Part shown: in pieces, positions 7,536 to 18,099 of the stretch | Layout of the letters: the number at the start of each line of letters is the position of its first letter | How positions within the stretch are numbered: position 1 is the first letter of the stretch | Source of the DNA: Candidatus Parcubacteria bacterium | GTDB lineage: Bacteria > Patescibacteriota > Minisyncoccia > Phycocordibacterales > UBA918 | DNA length: 64,000 nucleotides | Assembly: GCA_046050355.1 (NCBI GenBank) | Contig: JBJOPW010000003.1 | Location: 1-64,000 of the forward strand | Direction: 5' to 3' | The notes under the pieces: generated by a model | What the model was told of the DNA's origin: nothing | The model's input: the letters and a program-made list of their open reading frames with translations, nothing else | The model's database searches: none | Translations under genes and position numbers: made by a program

Positions 7536-8837
7536 TTAATATTCCTGACTCAAACGTCCAACGGCGTCCCCAGCAGCATCTCCGGGCCGACGGCGGTTAG
7601 CGAGAATATCTTCTACCATCTGCGTAAAGATATTGTCAACCGACGACCGGGTAGGCGACAGCCAGCCACGAGCAGCGACCGCTGCAGTGTAGATAATTCT
7701 ACCATAGGTATCAGAAGAACCTGAAGCGAGGGTTGCGCGATGGGCTGGTGCCATACCAAGACGGTCAGCCATCCCTTGACTAAAGTTCGCCCCACCAATA
7801 AATTGCATCGCGAGATACGCACCGTTCTTGTTATCAGAGGAGCGCAAAAGAGACAGGCCATAGAAGGTGCCGTACGTGCGCCGTATCGTTGCTGCCGCTC
7901 CTTGCGGAACCTCCGCAAGGTCAAAGTTGAGGTTCGGGTTTTGGGCAGCTATCTCACGAGCTTCATTTCCCTTCCCAAAGTAGAGAATAAGGTCCTCAGA
8001 GAGGAAGGCGTCACGATCGATTGGCCTCGCCCGGTTCCAGCTGTAAAGTGGGTTGCTTGGACTGGCAAAATTGGTATAGAAGGTTGCGGCTGATTCAAGT
8101 GGCATCCGACTGCGATCTGGCGTTTGATTGAGTCCTACGATATAGCGCCCGTCACTGCCTTCGGTCACTAGCTGACTACCACCTTGGATAGTGAGCATTG
8201 AGAGAATGGCGTTGGCATTGGTGACGTTACGGTACTCACCAAAAGCCAACGGGCTAAGTGTAATATTGCGATTAAAATCACGTTCAACAAAGGTCGGTAC
8301 GATATCATTGACCACCGCTTCCCAGGTTTTTGGCGCACTGAGCACATTTTTGCTCGAAAGGATATCTCGATTCCAGTACATCACGAGGGGGTCAATCATG
8401 AGTGGGTAGCCATAGATGCCATCAGTCATAGCCCACAGTTCGGCTCCGTCTACATACAGATTCTTAAAATCTCGTTCCGGAAAGTTATCGTATGGAATCG
8501 GTTGAATTTTGCTTCGATACGAAACTAATTCTTCATGAGGGAGGAGGAGTAGGTCTGGCCCGCGATCTTCGGCCAAAGCATTCAAAACCTCACTCGCAAA
8601 GGTCGATTCCGACTTTTGTGTATATCTGATGGCGGCGTACGCCGGGTCGGTTTCGAGTATCGGCTTGAGGGTGGCATAAAAAGCGTCTTCTTGGAGCGTT
8701 CCCCAGATATCTACCGTTCCTAACGCTACTTTGGTGGTATCTGCTGGTGGTTTGTATGTCGCTAACAGTCCCAATGCTAACAAGCCGAGTAGTCCAAAAC
8801 CAAGCACAAGAAATAATTCAAACGGGCGTAAATTCAT
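7536..8837 (-). CDS. Extracellular solute-binding protein, family 1
   Basis: N-terminal anchor, ALAEDRGPDL, DPLVMYWNRD, PKTWE. Confidence 0.85.
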   Translation of the reverse strand: MNLRPFELFLVLGFGLLGLLALGLLATYKPPADTTKVALGTVDIWGTLQEDAFYATLKPILETDPAYAAIRYTQKSESTFASEVLNALAEDRGPDLLLLPHEELVSYRSKIQPIPYDNFPERDFKNLYVDGAELWAMTDGIYGYPLMIDPLVMYWNRDILSSKNVLSAPKTWEAVVNDIVPTFVERDFNRNITLSPLAFGEYRNVTNANAILSMLTIQGGSQLVTEGSDGRYIVGLNQTPDRSRMPLESAATFYTNFASPSNPLYSWNRARPIDRDAFLSEDLILYFGKGNEAREIAAQNPNLNFDLAEVPQGAAATIRRTYGTFYGLSLLRSSDNKNGAYLAMQFIGGANFSQGMADRLGMAPAHRATLASGSSDTYGRIIYTAAVAARGWLSPTRSSVDNIFTQMVEDILANRRRPGDAAGDAVGRLSQEY

Positions 8838-8839
8838 AG

Positions 8840-9388
8840 TTATAGTTTGCGAAATGATACCCCATAGTGGTAACTACCAGCCGGATACTCACGTTCGTAG
8901 ATAAAATAGTTAGCCTCAAAAACGTCTATAGTCATGTCTCTCGGACGAACCATGTGTGGTGCTGGACCAAGTCCATCGAAACTATCAATCCAATCAACAA
9001 CGTATACAATACCATGTGGACGGAGTGTACGGTATACCTCGGCAATAGCAGCTTCAAGATCTTCAATCTGGTACAACGTATTGATAATCACAACAAAATC
9101 TACTGATACATCAGGTAATTTGGTCCCGCGCGGTTTGGCAACATCACCCCAAACCACCTCAATATTGTTATAACCTGTGGCCTGTGCTTGCTTGTGGAGC
9201 ACATCAACAAGCGGGCGCTGAATTTCGCAGGCTACCACTTTACCAGCACTACCGACTTTTTTAGCGAGATACGGCAAGTAGACTCCTTGACCGGCGCCAT
9301 AATCAACCACCACCGAGCCGGGCTCGATGTGAAAGTGTGAAGACACCAAACGGGGTTCCAAAAAACGCGGCAAGGTGACGGTTTCCAT
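8840..9388 (-). CDS. Class I SAM-dependent methyltransferase
   Basis: VVDYGAGQG motif I, LRPHG, VDW. Confidence 0.85.
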   Translation of the reverse strand: METVTLPRFLEPRLVSSHFHIEPGSVVVDYGAGQGVYLPYLAKKVGSAGKVVACEIQRPLVDVLHKQAQATGYNNIEVVWGDVAKPRGTKLPDVSVDFVVIINTLYQIEDLEAAIAEVYRTLRPHGIVYVVDWIDSFDGLGPAPHMVRPRDMTIDVFEANYFIYEREYPAGSYHYGVSFRKL

Positions 9389-9452
9389 TACTTCTAGTAT
9401 ACCGCCTCCGTGATCACACTTTTTGCCACTCTGGGGAGTACATACGCCTCGG

Positions 9453-9794
9453 CTAATCGGTCACGTATTTCACGTATTCTATTTGAATTCGTAGCACATC
9501 TGAAACCTCCAAACTCCCAATCTTGTGAGTCAATAATGAAACATCACTTGCAAAAGATTGTGCAATAAGCACTGTTGAAGGTGTCGTTAGTCCATTGGTC
9601 GCAGTTGGTTGGATAATAACACTGTAAGGCCGCGATTTTTTAGTAGTTGTGCAAGGTGCGATCATTACCGTTTGACCAGCTACCTGTGTCACTACCACAT
9701 GTGGTCGCACACCTTTTTGGACATGCCCAATTGCGCCAATATTATCCAAAACAAACACATCACCCTTCTTGATTTTAGGTACGATTTTTCGCAT
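9453..9794 (-). CDS. PemK/MazF-family toxin
   Basis: KKGDVF, GHVQKGVRPHVVV, APCTT, NGLTTPS, KIGSL. Confidence 0.85.
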   Translation of the reverse strand: MRKIVPKIKKGDVFVLDNIGAIGHVQKGVRPHVVVTQVAGQTVMIAPCTTTKKSRPYSVIIQPTATNGLTTPSTVLIAQSFASDVSLLTHKIGSLEVSDVLRIQIEYVKYVTD

Positions 9795-9885
9795 GAATGA
9801 TTCGTTGCTGTTCCAAAGCAATAGTAGTCCAGTCAATTGGCTTAGAAGCAACTTTTTTTGCTGGCTTTTTGACTACTGTTTTCAT
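9775..9885 (-). CDS. 36-aa ORF, candidate antitoxin
   Basis: Hand translation MKTVVKKPAKKVASKPIDWTTIALEQQRIIHAKNRT; overlaps toxin start by 20 nt. Confidence 0.55.
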   Translation of the reverse strand: MKTVVKKPAKKVASKPIDWTTIALEQQRIIHAKNRT

Positions 9886-10104
9886 ACTCACAGTATGCCA
9901 TACGAATACAGTTTTGAAAACAAAAACGACCTGATGTACTGATTTGTATTCTGAGTCGCTTTTTTGCTCCTCTCTACAAACATCTTTTCAAAACAGATGT
10001 ATAGCAATTGGAGAAAATCGATTCTGACGAGGTTCACTAGAAAGTCAGAAATTGCTTCAAGAGCAAGGCGACAAACAAAAAGCGCCAGGGAGGCGCTTTT
10101 TGTT

Positions 10105-10226
10105 CATTCTTTTCAAAATAGATGCATAGCGAGGCGTGAGAAAAAATTATGAGGAGGTGTACTTTGCGGTACATTGACGATTAATTTTTTCTTACAACAA
10201 AGCTAGGCGCTGTTTTGGAAAGAATG
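10105..10226. repeat. ERIC-like long hairpin, copy 2
   Basis: GAGGCG...GGAG-GTGTAC/GTACAT-TGAC...CAACAAAG; abuts gyrA stop. Confidence 0.8.
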
Positions 10227-10227
10227 T

Positions 10228-12699
10228 CTAGACGAAGACGATGGATGCGATGGAATCACCGGTACGCATCTTCATCACCCGTACCCCCTGCGTATCACGT
10301 CCTAAGGTCGGCACATCCTTCAATGGCAACTTAATCACTTGCCCCTTCTTACTCATGATGACAAGCTCACCGTCGACGCGTTCTTCGGGATTAAGTACGA
10401 TTGCCCCGACGACGAGACCGGTCTTATCAGTCACCTTGGCAGTCTTGATACCCGAGCCACCGCGATTTTGGACTTTGTACTCCTTAATTGAGGTAGTCTT
10501 GCCGTAGCCATCTTCGGTCACGACAAGAATCTCCGCTTTGTTGTCACCTTTTTTCACCACGTCCGCCGAGACAATGACGTCACCCTTGCCGAGTTTCATA
10601 CCAGCCACACCGGCGGCGATACGTCCCATCTCACGGACATCACTTTCCTTGAAGCGGATTGATTGTCCCTTCTTCGTCACGAGTGAAATATCGTCACCCT
10701 TGCCGACGAACTTGGCAGCAATCAGTGAATCATCTTCTTTCAGGTTAATCGCAATGAGACCACTGCGACGGACATCCTTGAAGGCGGCGGCGTCTGATTT
10801 CTTTGCGACACCATTTTTGGTAATCATCATGAGGCTCCAGTCTCCCGCCCACTCTTCTTTGCGGACCGCGAGGACCGAGGTCACTCGTTCCTCTTGCGTC
10901 ATGGCGAGGAAGTTCATGATGGACTTACCCTTGGTGGCCCGACGACCCTCTGGGATTTCGTACATCTTACTCTGGTAGACCTTACCCTTGTCGGTAAAGA
11001 AGAGGAGGTCACTATGAGCGGAAGTCGTGATGAGGTTCGTCACCACATCTTCCTCTTTGGTACTGAGGTCGATCACCCCAACACCACCACGTTTTTGAGT
11101 GCGGTATTCTTCGGGGTTGGTGCGCTTTACGTAGCCACCAGCGGTGAGTACGAGCACGCTCTCATCGTCAGCAATGAGGTCTTCCTGACTCATCATCTTG
11201 ACCCCACCTTTGACAATCTTCGTGCGACGATCGTCACCATACTTGGCTGCGACCTCAAGGAGCTCACTCTTCACGAGCGCAAGCATCTTGGCCTTGCTCT
11301 TCAGGATCGCTTCAAGTTCCTTGATGAGCTTCTGGACTTCCTTGAGTTCGTCTTCGATCTTCTTGCGTTCAAGGCCGGCGAGCTTCTGGAGGCGCATATC
11401 AAGAATCGCCTGCGCCTGGATGGCCGAGAACTTGAACTCCTTCATAAGGCCAGCATGGGCAGTTGGCACATCTTTGGCTGCGCGAATGAGCTTGATAATG
11501 GCATCGATATGATCAAGCGCCTTCTTAAGACCAAGGAGGATGTGTTCGCGATCTTGCGCTTTGCCGAGGTCGTACTGCGTGCGACGACGAACCACCTCAG
11601 CACGGTGCTTCACATACTCTTCGAGGATGAGCTTAAGGGATACTGTCTGGGGGATACCATCAACGAGCGCTACCATGTTGTAGTGGAAGGTTTCTTCAAG
11701 CTGGGTGTGCTTGTAGAGCTTATTGAGGACGGTCTGTGGCTGAGCGCCACTCTTGAGTTCAATCACTACCCGAATATCACTGGTTGACTCATCACGCATT
11801 TCCCGGATGCCTTCGATTTTCTTTTCACGCACGAGATCAGCGATCTTCTCTTGCATATCGGCTTTGTTCACGCGGAATGGGATTGAAGTAATAATGATAC
11901 TAAAATTGCCTTTCTTATCTTCAACAATTTCCGCTTCACCACGCACCACCACACCACCCTTACCGTGCGTGTAGGCATGAGAAATATCTTTTTGGTTAAA
12001 AGCGACCGCTCCCATCGGGAAGTCTGGGCCTTTGACGAACTTAAGAAGATCATCGGTGGTAGCGTCTGGGTTATCAACGAGATGTTCGACCGCAGCGGCA
12101 ATTTCGCGGAGGTTGTGTGGCGGAATGTTTGTCGCCATACCAACGGCAATACCGAGAGATCCCATCAGCAAGAGGTTTGGGACGGCCGCTGGCAATACTA
12201 CTGGTTCTTTTTTGGTGCCGTCGTAGTTCGGTCGCCAATCAACCGTATCTTTTTCCAAATCCCGCAACATCTCCTCGGCGAGACGAGACATTTTGGCTTC
12301 GGTGTAGCGGTAGGCCGCAGCACCGTCACCATCGATTGAACCAAAGTTACCTTGACCAAGCACGAGTGGGTAGCGCGTGGCAAATGGTTGCGCCAGCTTC
12401 ACCATTGCTTCATACACTGATGCATCTCCGTGTGGATGAAAGCTACCAAGCACATCTCCCACTACCGTCGCCGACTTTTTAAATTTGGCACTAGCTGTCA
12501 GTCCATTAAGACGCATTGAGTAGAGGATACGGCGGTGTACGGGTTTGAGACCATCACGAATATCCGGCAGGGCCCGTGAAGTAATCACCGACATCGCGTA
12601 GTCGAGATATGCCCGCTCCATCTCGGAGGTAATCCCCTGGGTGACAATGCCACGCTCAGGCAATGGCATCGTCTCAGCGACTTCGGTCTTTTTTGGCAT
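10228..12699 (-). CDS. gyrA: DNA gyrase subunit A
   Basis: [21 protein letters not shown], GyrA-box QKRGGVG, C-terminal pinwheel repeats. Confidence 0.98.
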   Translation of the reverse strand: MPKKTEVAETMPLPERGIVTQGITSEMERAYLDYAMSVITSRALPDIRDGLKPVHRRILYSMRLNGLTASAKFKKSATVVGDVLGSFHPHGDASVYEAMVKLAQPFATRYPLVLGQGNFGSIDGDGAAAYRYTEAKMSRLAEEMLRDLEKDTVDWRPNYDGTKKEPVVLPAAVPNLLLMGSLGIAVGMATNIPPHNLREIAAAVEHLVDNPDATTDDLLKFVKGPDFPMGAVAFNQKDISHAYTHGKGGVVVRGEAEIVEDKKGNFSIIITSIPFRVNKADMQEKIADLVREKKIEGIREMRDESTSDIRVVIELKSGAQPQTVLNKLYKHTQLEETFHYNMVALVDGIPQTVSLKLILEEYVKHRAEVVRRRTQYDLGKAQDREHILLGLKKALDHIDAIIKLIRAAKDVPTAHAGLMKEFKFSAIQAQAILDMRLQKLAGLERKKIEDELKEVQKLIKELEAILKSKAKMLALVKSELLEVAAKYGDDRRTKIVKGGVKMMSQEDLIADDESVLVLTAGGYVKRTNPEEYRTQKRGGVGVIDLSTKEEDVVTNLITTSAHSDLLFFTDKGKVYQSKMYEIPEGRRATKGKSIMNFLAMTQEERVTSVLAVRKEEWAGDWSLMMITKNGVAKKSDAAAFKDVRRSGLIAINLKEDDSLIAAKFVGKGDDISLVTKKGQSIRFKESDVREMGRIAAGVAGMKLGKGDVIVSADVVKKGDNKAEILVVTEDGYGKTTSIKEYKVQNRGGSGIKTAKVTDKTGLVVGAIVLNPEERVDGELVIMSKKGQVIKLPLKDVPTLGRDTQGVRVMKMRTGDSIASIVFV

Positions 12700-12773
12700 A
12701 ACAGGATATCGTTCGTCTACTTAGCTAAATAACAGGCACTAGTATACCACAAAGCGCTACGGCCATGGAATAG

Positions 12774-13184
12774 CTAGTTGGTCGAGGAGGCAGTCACGGT
12801 AGCACTCGTGGTACCGATGAGTACTGGCGCTGGGGTAGGTGTGGGTGTGGTACTCGTACCAACAAGCGTACGGATATCAATCATCTCTGATGTAGTTGCG
12901 GCCGCCGGAGTAGTTGAAGCAGCGGTTGTACTAGAGAAAGCTCCTGCCACCACACTCGCTTGCTGTCGCAATGACGAAAATTGATCACGAAAACCAGCCC
13001 ACATCCCGGCAAACGGTGCCGTGCCTTCATTTGAGGCGAGGGTATCAGGAGAAAACCGCGCCGGCAGTGTCAACGCCCAAATACCACCGACAAGTAAGGT
13101 GAACGAGAGAGCGGTCGCAAAAGCCACCCGCTGACGTACGGCTTTTGGTTTGGTTCGCAGATTGTCTAAAGTTTTAAAGAGCAT
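12774..13184 (-). CDS. Hypothetical single-TM protein with Thr/Ser-rich tail
   Basis: LRTKPKAVRQRVAF then TM helix. Confidence 0.75.
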   Translation of the reverse strand: MLFKTLDNLRTKPKAVRQRVAFATALSFTLLVGGIWALTLPARFSPDTLASNEGTAPFAGMWAGFRDQFSSLRQQASVVAGAFSSTTAASTTPAAATTSEMIDIRTLVGTSTTPTPTPAPVLIGTTSATVTASSTN

Positions 13185-13200
13185 TACTGATAGTTACTGA

Positions 13201-13821
13201 CTATATTGAGAGCACCGCTATGTCCCCCTCCATCTCATTCACATCCTTCTTTTTCAACGTGAGTTTGTCGACAGCTTTCACGTCATCAGCACCCGCTTCC
13301 TTAAGGAAGGCCTTGAGGGCCACCGCATCGTAGTGCATCGGGATAATGAGGCGTGCCTCAAGCTTGAGGCCGAGCTTCGCCGCCTGCGGTACCTCAAGCA
13401 CATCCCCGCCACCTATTGGGATAAAGAGGATATCAATATCGCCAAACTCCGCGAGAATCTTGGGGTCAATCTCTGGATCACCGAGCGCGCCGAGGAATAC
13501 TATGTTCATTTCTTCGAGACGCACTTGGTAAATGGTGTTGTAGTGTTCACCTCCAGCATACTTGGTCTTGACCCCGTAGCCACGGGCGGTCACCGTACCA
13601 ATCTCGTATTCACCCGGACCTTGCACCACAAATGGTTCTTTGCTGCCATGTGAGGCATTTTCCACCCCATTAAAGTTTGGATGATTGAGTGAGACAAAAG
13701 CAACATCAGCGCCAAACTTAACCGGACTCAACTTCGATGACTTTGCAATTGGGTCAAAGGCCAGTGTCGTGTCGCCAAACGACACCTTGAAGCACTGCCC
13801 ACCGTGATATGTGATAACCAT
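13201..13821 (-). CDS. MBL-fold metallo-hydrolase-like protein (degenerate)
   Basis: ITYHGGQCFK, DP, GPGEYEI, IPMHY; HxDH eroded to HPNF. Confidence 0.85.
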   Translation of the reverse strand: MVITYHGGQCFKVSFGDTTLAFDPIAKSSKLSPVKFGADVAFVSLNHPNFNGVENASHGSKEPFVVQGPGEYEIGTVTARGYGVKTKYAGGEHYNTIYQVRLEEMNIVFLGALGDPEIDPKILAEFGDIDILFIPIGGGDVLEVPQAAKLGLKLEARLIIPMHYDAVALKAFLKEAGADDVKAVDKLTLKKKDVNEMEGDIAVLSI

Positions 13822-13872
13822 AGTGGCAGTAGTATACAAGAGGAAATAGAATATAGGAAATTGAATATAGAA

Positions 13873-13928
13873 AATTTTAGGGGTCCAACCCCGAAATTTC
13901 ACAATCTCGGGGTTGGACCCCTAAAATT
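13873..13928. repeat. REP-like inverted doublet
   Basis: AATTTTAGGGGTCCAACCCCGA and its exact reverse complement, 12 nt apart. Confidence 0.8.
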
Positions 13929-14569
13929 ACCCCTAACATATGTCCGACACAGCCCCCCTTGCATAAATAAAAAGTTGGGAGTATCGTAATCCGTACCGCC
14001 GATCTTAAGCGCCGTAGCGAGTAGGGGTGACGAGCCCCATATAATCGCGGACGAACCAATCGTCTCTCTGGCGCCGAGTTTCTGGCGGTGTTTGCGAAAC
14101 GGGAGCGAGGAGACAATCCATGCCCGATTCGATCGACCGCGGCCATATCCGCGGTTCGCCTGCTGGCGGCCATGCCAGCACCCACGGCCACATCGGTTCC
14201 TTCGCGTCGCCTTCGACGATGGACCAGGCCGAGACCGCGCCCCGGATGTGGGGTCACGGACACTGACGCAACGTTCATGTCAAAGGAGGTGAAAGACATG
14301 AAACCGCCGGAGCAGTAGCTCAAATACCAAGTTCTTCACAGGCTCTAGCTGGTGTGACGCCAGCCTGCCAAAAACCAATCAAAAAGCTCCGACTTCCAAA
14401 CATCCTTGCCATCACGCTTTTAAAGCTTTGATGGAAACAACAAGCCTACAAAGAAGGGTTCCGATTTCGAGCAAATAACAGGGAGGGTGAGGTGTTGGCT
14501 TCGGCCACACCCCCTCCGCACAACCGCCCCAGCCTCCGGCTGCGGGTTTTTCATTTTATCTTTAACGTT

Positions 14570-14670
14570 CGTCATTGCGAGGAATGGAGCCGAAGCGACA
14601 TGACGAAGCAATCTAGAGTCACATCACAGATTCCTGGATTGCTTCGTCGCTATCACTTCTCGCAATGACG
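14570..14670. repeat. CGTC-tagged palindromic repeat (REP/RPE-like)
   Basis: CGTCATTGCGAG..GACGAAGCAATC...GATTGCTTCGTC..CTCGCAATGACG. Confidence 0.8.
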
Positions 14671-14857
14671 GGTGGAGTTTCCGACCGCTTTTCCCTAGGC
14701 AAGGCCTCGGGAACCGTATCCTATTTACAGTTTTACCCTTTTCTGGTATATTCCCCGCACCGAAAGGTATTAATAGTTTCCTAGCGGCACACGTTAACCC
14801 TGGGCTCAAGCACACGGCTATGAGATATGGTTGCCCAGACGCGTGTCGTCGGAAGTC

Positions 14858-14978
14858 GGACAAACACACGAAGCAAGCTTCGGCGTTACGACAGCAATTT
14901 TGGTCGTCAATGTACAAATAAGTACATCTCCTCTCAAAATCTTGTCGCGCCTTGAATCTTATCTCCGTGAGTTCGTCC
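14858..14978. repeat. ERIC-like long hairpin, copy 3 (rpsA leader)
   Basis: Minus strand AAGGCG...GGAG-ATGTAC/GTACAT-TGAC...TAACGCCG; arms GGACAAACACACG/CGTGAGTTCGTCC. Confidence 0.75.
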
Positions 14979-14997
14979 TTTAACGCATATTAAAAGT

Positions 14998-16083
14998 ATG
15001 TCAGAAGAAGTAGTAAACAGTGTAATGCATACACTCGCCGCCAACATTCCTGATTCTCCAAAAGAGGGTCAATTAGTAGAAGGTACAGTATCAGCCATCG
15101 GCCGCGCTCGTGTCTATGTCGACCTCCCACCATTTGGTACTGGTCTCATCTTTGGTCGTGAGTACATGAACGCTCGCGACATCCTCCGCAAAGTCTCAGT
15201 TGGAGACACCATTGCGGCGAAGGTTGTTGACGTAAACAACAAGGATGGGTACATCGAGCTCTCACTCAAGGAAGCCCGTCAGGCCCTCATCTGGGCTGAT
15301 GCCGAAGAAGCCGTGAAGAAGGGTACGGTTATGAGTCTTGAAGTGAAGGAGGCCAACAAGGGTGGTCTTATCATGGAATGGCAAGGTATCCAGGGCTTCC
15401 TCCCAGCTTCACAGCTTGGACCAGACAATTACCCACGCGTTGATAACGGCGACAAGGACAAGATCCTTATGGCCCTTAACTCACTCGTTGGTAAGCATCT
15501 CGGTGTCGTCATGATCACCGCTGACCAGAAGGAGCACAAGCTCATCTTCTCAGAAAAGGGTCACCAGGAACGTGAAGAGAAGGGCGAAAAGGTTGGTAAG
15601 TACGAAGTGGGTGACGTCCTCTCGGGCGAAGTGACTGGTGCTGTTGACTTTGGCGTCTTTGTGAAGATTGAACAGGGTCTTGAAGGCCTCGTTCACATCT
15701 CTGAACTTGATTGGGGTCTTGTTGAAAATACTCGCGCCCTCTACAAGGTTGGCGACAAGGTGAAGGTCAAGGTGATTGAAGTGAAGGATGACAAGATTTC
15801 TCTCTCAATCAAGCAGCTCCGTGAAAACCCATGGACTGATGCCGCTCAAAAGTTCGCCAAGGATCAGGTCGTACCAGGTGTTGTTATCAAGTACAACAAG
15901 CACGGTGCGCTTGCGTCTATCCAAGAAGGTGTTGCTGGTCTCGTCCATATCTCTGAATTCGAATCAGAAGAAAAGATGAAGGCTACCCTCTCACTTGGTG
16001 GTGTCTACAAGTTCAAGATTTCTCTCTTTGAGCCATCTGAACAGCGTATGACGTTGACCTTCAAAGATGTAGCTCAGAGTTAG
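14998..16083 (+). CDS. rpsA: 30S ribosomal protein S1 (4 S1 domains)
   Basis: GFLPASQL, FGVFV..EGLVHISEL, GLVHISE. Confidence 0.93.
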   Translation: MSEEVVNSVMHTLAANIPDSPKEGQLVEGTVSAIGRARVYVDLPPFGTGLIFGREYMNARDILRKVSVGDTIAAKVVDVNNKDGYIELSLKEARQALIWADAEEAVKKGTVMSLEVKEANKGGLIMEWQGIQGFLPASQLGPDNYPRVDNGDKDKILMALNSLVGKHLGVVMITADQKEHKLIFSEKGHQEREEKGEKVGKYEVGDVLSGEVTGAVDFGVFVKIEQGLEGLVHISELDWGLVENTRALYKVGDKVKVKVIEVKDDKISLSIKQLRENPWTDAAQKFAKDQVVPGVVIKYNKHGALASIQEGVAGLVHISEFESEEKMKATLSLGGVYKFKISLFEPSEQRMTLTFKDVAQS

Positions 16084-16136
16084 GTACTAACTCTCGCACA
16101 ACAAACCCCCGCGCCACAGGCGCGGGGGTTTGTTTG

Positions 16137-16721
16137 TTAGTTAAAACGGTTCATCGCGCGCTCCTTCCCTTCGGTCACCAAGGAGACAATCGCCTCAACC
16201 ACCACCGGATACAGTGCTGTGTAGATTTCGTTTTCTTCGAGACTAATTTTACCAAGGACATATTGGGCCAGTTCCTCGCTCGTTGGTCGTATCGCCTGCC
16301 CCGTCTCACTACCGCGCGCTGCCACCCCAATCCGTACCCGGACGAAGTCTTTTGTCCCCAAGGTATCGATAATCGACGTCACGCCATTGTGACCACCAGC
16401 TCCATTACCAAACGAGATCTTAAAATCCCCCGCTGGTAGATCAACATCGTCATAGATAACGATGAGTTGGTTGTGTTCCCCTTTTTTGACGAGCTTTTTG
16501 ACCGCATCCCCCGACTTATTCATAAAGGTCTCTGGGTAGAGGACCGTGATAGCATACTCGCCAATGGTGCCTTCACTCACGCGCCCAAGATATTTTTTGC
16601 TTGGCATAGCCTCCGGCATATCAAAGGCGGTCAGAAGCACGTCACATACGAGCCAACCGATATTGTGCCGCGTGTACTGGTATTTTGCTCCTGGATTCCC
16701 GAGCCCGACGATGTAGAACAT
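16137..16721 (-). CDS. pth: Peptidyl-tRNA hydrolase
   Basis: GLGNPG..Y..TRHNIG, TFMNKSG, GGHNG. Confidence 0.97.
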   Translation of the reverse strand: MFYIVGLGNPGAKYQYTRHNIGWLVCDVLLTAFDMPEAMPSKKYLGRVSEGTIGEYAITVLYPETFMNKSGDAVKKLVKKGEHNQLIVIYDDVDLPAGDFKISFGNGAGGHNGVTSIIDTLGTKDFVRVRIGVAARGSETGQAIRPTSEELAQYVLGKISLEENEIYTALYPVVVEAIVSLVTEGKERAMNRFN

Positions 16722-16743
16722 GATGAGAATATTGTATCACGCA

Positions 16744-17325
16744 CTATTTCTTGCGAGCGATGATTTCAAATTCATGCCAGTGTTTTGGTGCTCCGAGTGC
16801 TGTTGTATCATCCCGCTCCACTTCATTAAAATAGAGTATCTCCCAATCAGCAAAAAGTGCCTGGCATTCGTCTTGAGTACAAAAGGTTTTGATACCATCA
16901 CCGTTATTCCACCCATCTCGGTCACCAAAGATGTTACCAACAAAAATCCCTCCAACCCGGACGGACCGTAATATTTGATTAAACACCGTCGGGAACTCAA
17001 CTGGAGGAATAAATGAGAAGGCATATTGCCCAGTTACAAGATCGAAACGTTCTTGACCATAGTCATATGTCCCAAAACCAACACATTCGAACTGAAATCG
17101 ACTATCCGTGATAGTGCTCGCAATTTCCTGACTGGCTTCATCAGCATCAAAGGCATAAACTCTGTCAAAGCCCGCTTGTAACAAGTATTGCGAATCGACC
17201 AAAGCACCCGCGCCAACATCAAGTGCCACACCACGTTCATTAACAAACGGGAGTGCCTGCACGAGCAGCGGTCGTGGTGGGTTAGTCTTCGTTTTTTCGT
17301 AATATTTGCGCCAAGAATATTGCAT
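16744..17325 (-). CDS. Class I SAM-dependent methyltransferase
   Basis: ALDVGAG, C-terminal KHWH..IIARK. Confidence 0.85.
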   Translation of the reverse strand: MQYSWRKYYEKTKTNPPRPLLVQALPFVNERGVALDVGAGALVDSQYLLQAGFDRVYAFDADEASQEIASTITDSRFQFECVGFGTYDYGQERFDLVTGQYAFSFIPPVEFPTVFNQILRSVRVGGIFVGNIFGDRDGWNNGDGIKTFCTQDECQALFADWEILYFNEVERDDTTALGAPKHWHEFEIIARKK

Positions 17326-17452
17326 AGATACGCAGTCTATCACCCACAAAAAAGTTTTACCATCCTGACCCACTCATGCACACTAGTCACTCAAAATGAA
17401 AAATTTGTTTTTCATTTTGTATCGAGTATAATGATGATAATCATTCACCACT

Positions 17453-18088
17453 ATGTCTTTGTTCTCTCGTACACCAGCACCAGAAATTATTACAACTGCT
17501 GACGATGCGGTGGTAATACCACCACAGAGTGAGCATCCACTCATCGAAATCTTCCGCTTCACACTTATTGCCCTCGTCATCGTTATACCAATCCGCTTAT
17601 TTGTCGCCCAACCATTCATCGTTTCTGGTGCCTCAATGGATGACACCTTTGAGAGTGGTCAATACCTTATCGTTGATCAAGTCAGCTACAAACTTCACGA
17701 ACCTAAGCGTGGCGACGTCATCATCTTCCGCTACCCGAAGGACCCGTCAAAATTCTTTATTAAGCGGGTCATTGGCCTCCCAGGCGATACAGTCACAATC
17801 GAAAGTAGTACGGTCACCATCAAAAACGAAGCGAACCCTGAAGGCTTCACGCTCGACGAACCCTATATCAAGAGTATGCGCAACCGTAGCGATATGACCG
17901 AAACCTTAGGCGAACGCGAATACTTTGTCATGGGTGACAATCGCGACCAAAGCTCAGACTCCCGTGTTTGGGGAGTCCTCCAGGAAGAACGCATCATCGG
18001 CCGTGCTTTTGTCCGCCTCTTCCCACCAAATACCTTTGATTACCTACCTGGTGAAGCCCGGTACGACGTTATTACAAGCACACCATAA
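17453..18088 (+). CDS. lepB: Signal peptidase I
   Basis: VSGASM, FIKRVIGLPGD, MGDNR..SSDSR. Confidence 0.97.
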   Translation: MSLFSRTPAPEIITTADDAVVIPPQSEHPLIEIFRFTLIALVIVIPIRLFVAQPFIVSGASMDDTFESGQYLIVDQVSYKLHEPKRGDVIIFRYPKDPSKFFIKRVIGLPGDTVTIESSTVTIKNEANPEGFTLDEPYIKSMRNRSDMTETLGEREYFVMGDNRDQSSDSRVWGVLQEERIIGRAFVRLFPPNTFDYLPGEARYDVITSTP

Positions 18089-18099
18089 CAAAGATACGT

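Noticed and set aside
13990-14555. tmRNA or RNase P RNA call
   Set aside because: No tRNA-like ends and no GAGGAAAGTCC P4 motif; kept only as an unknown unit.
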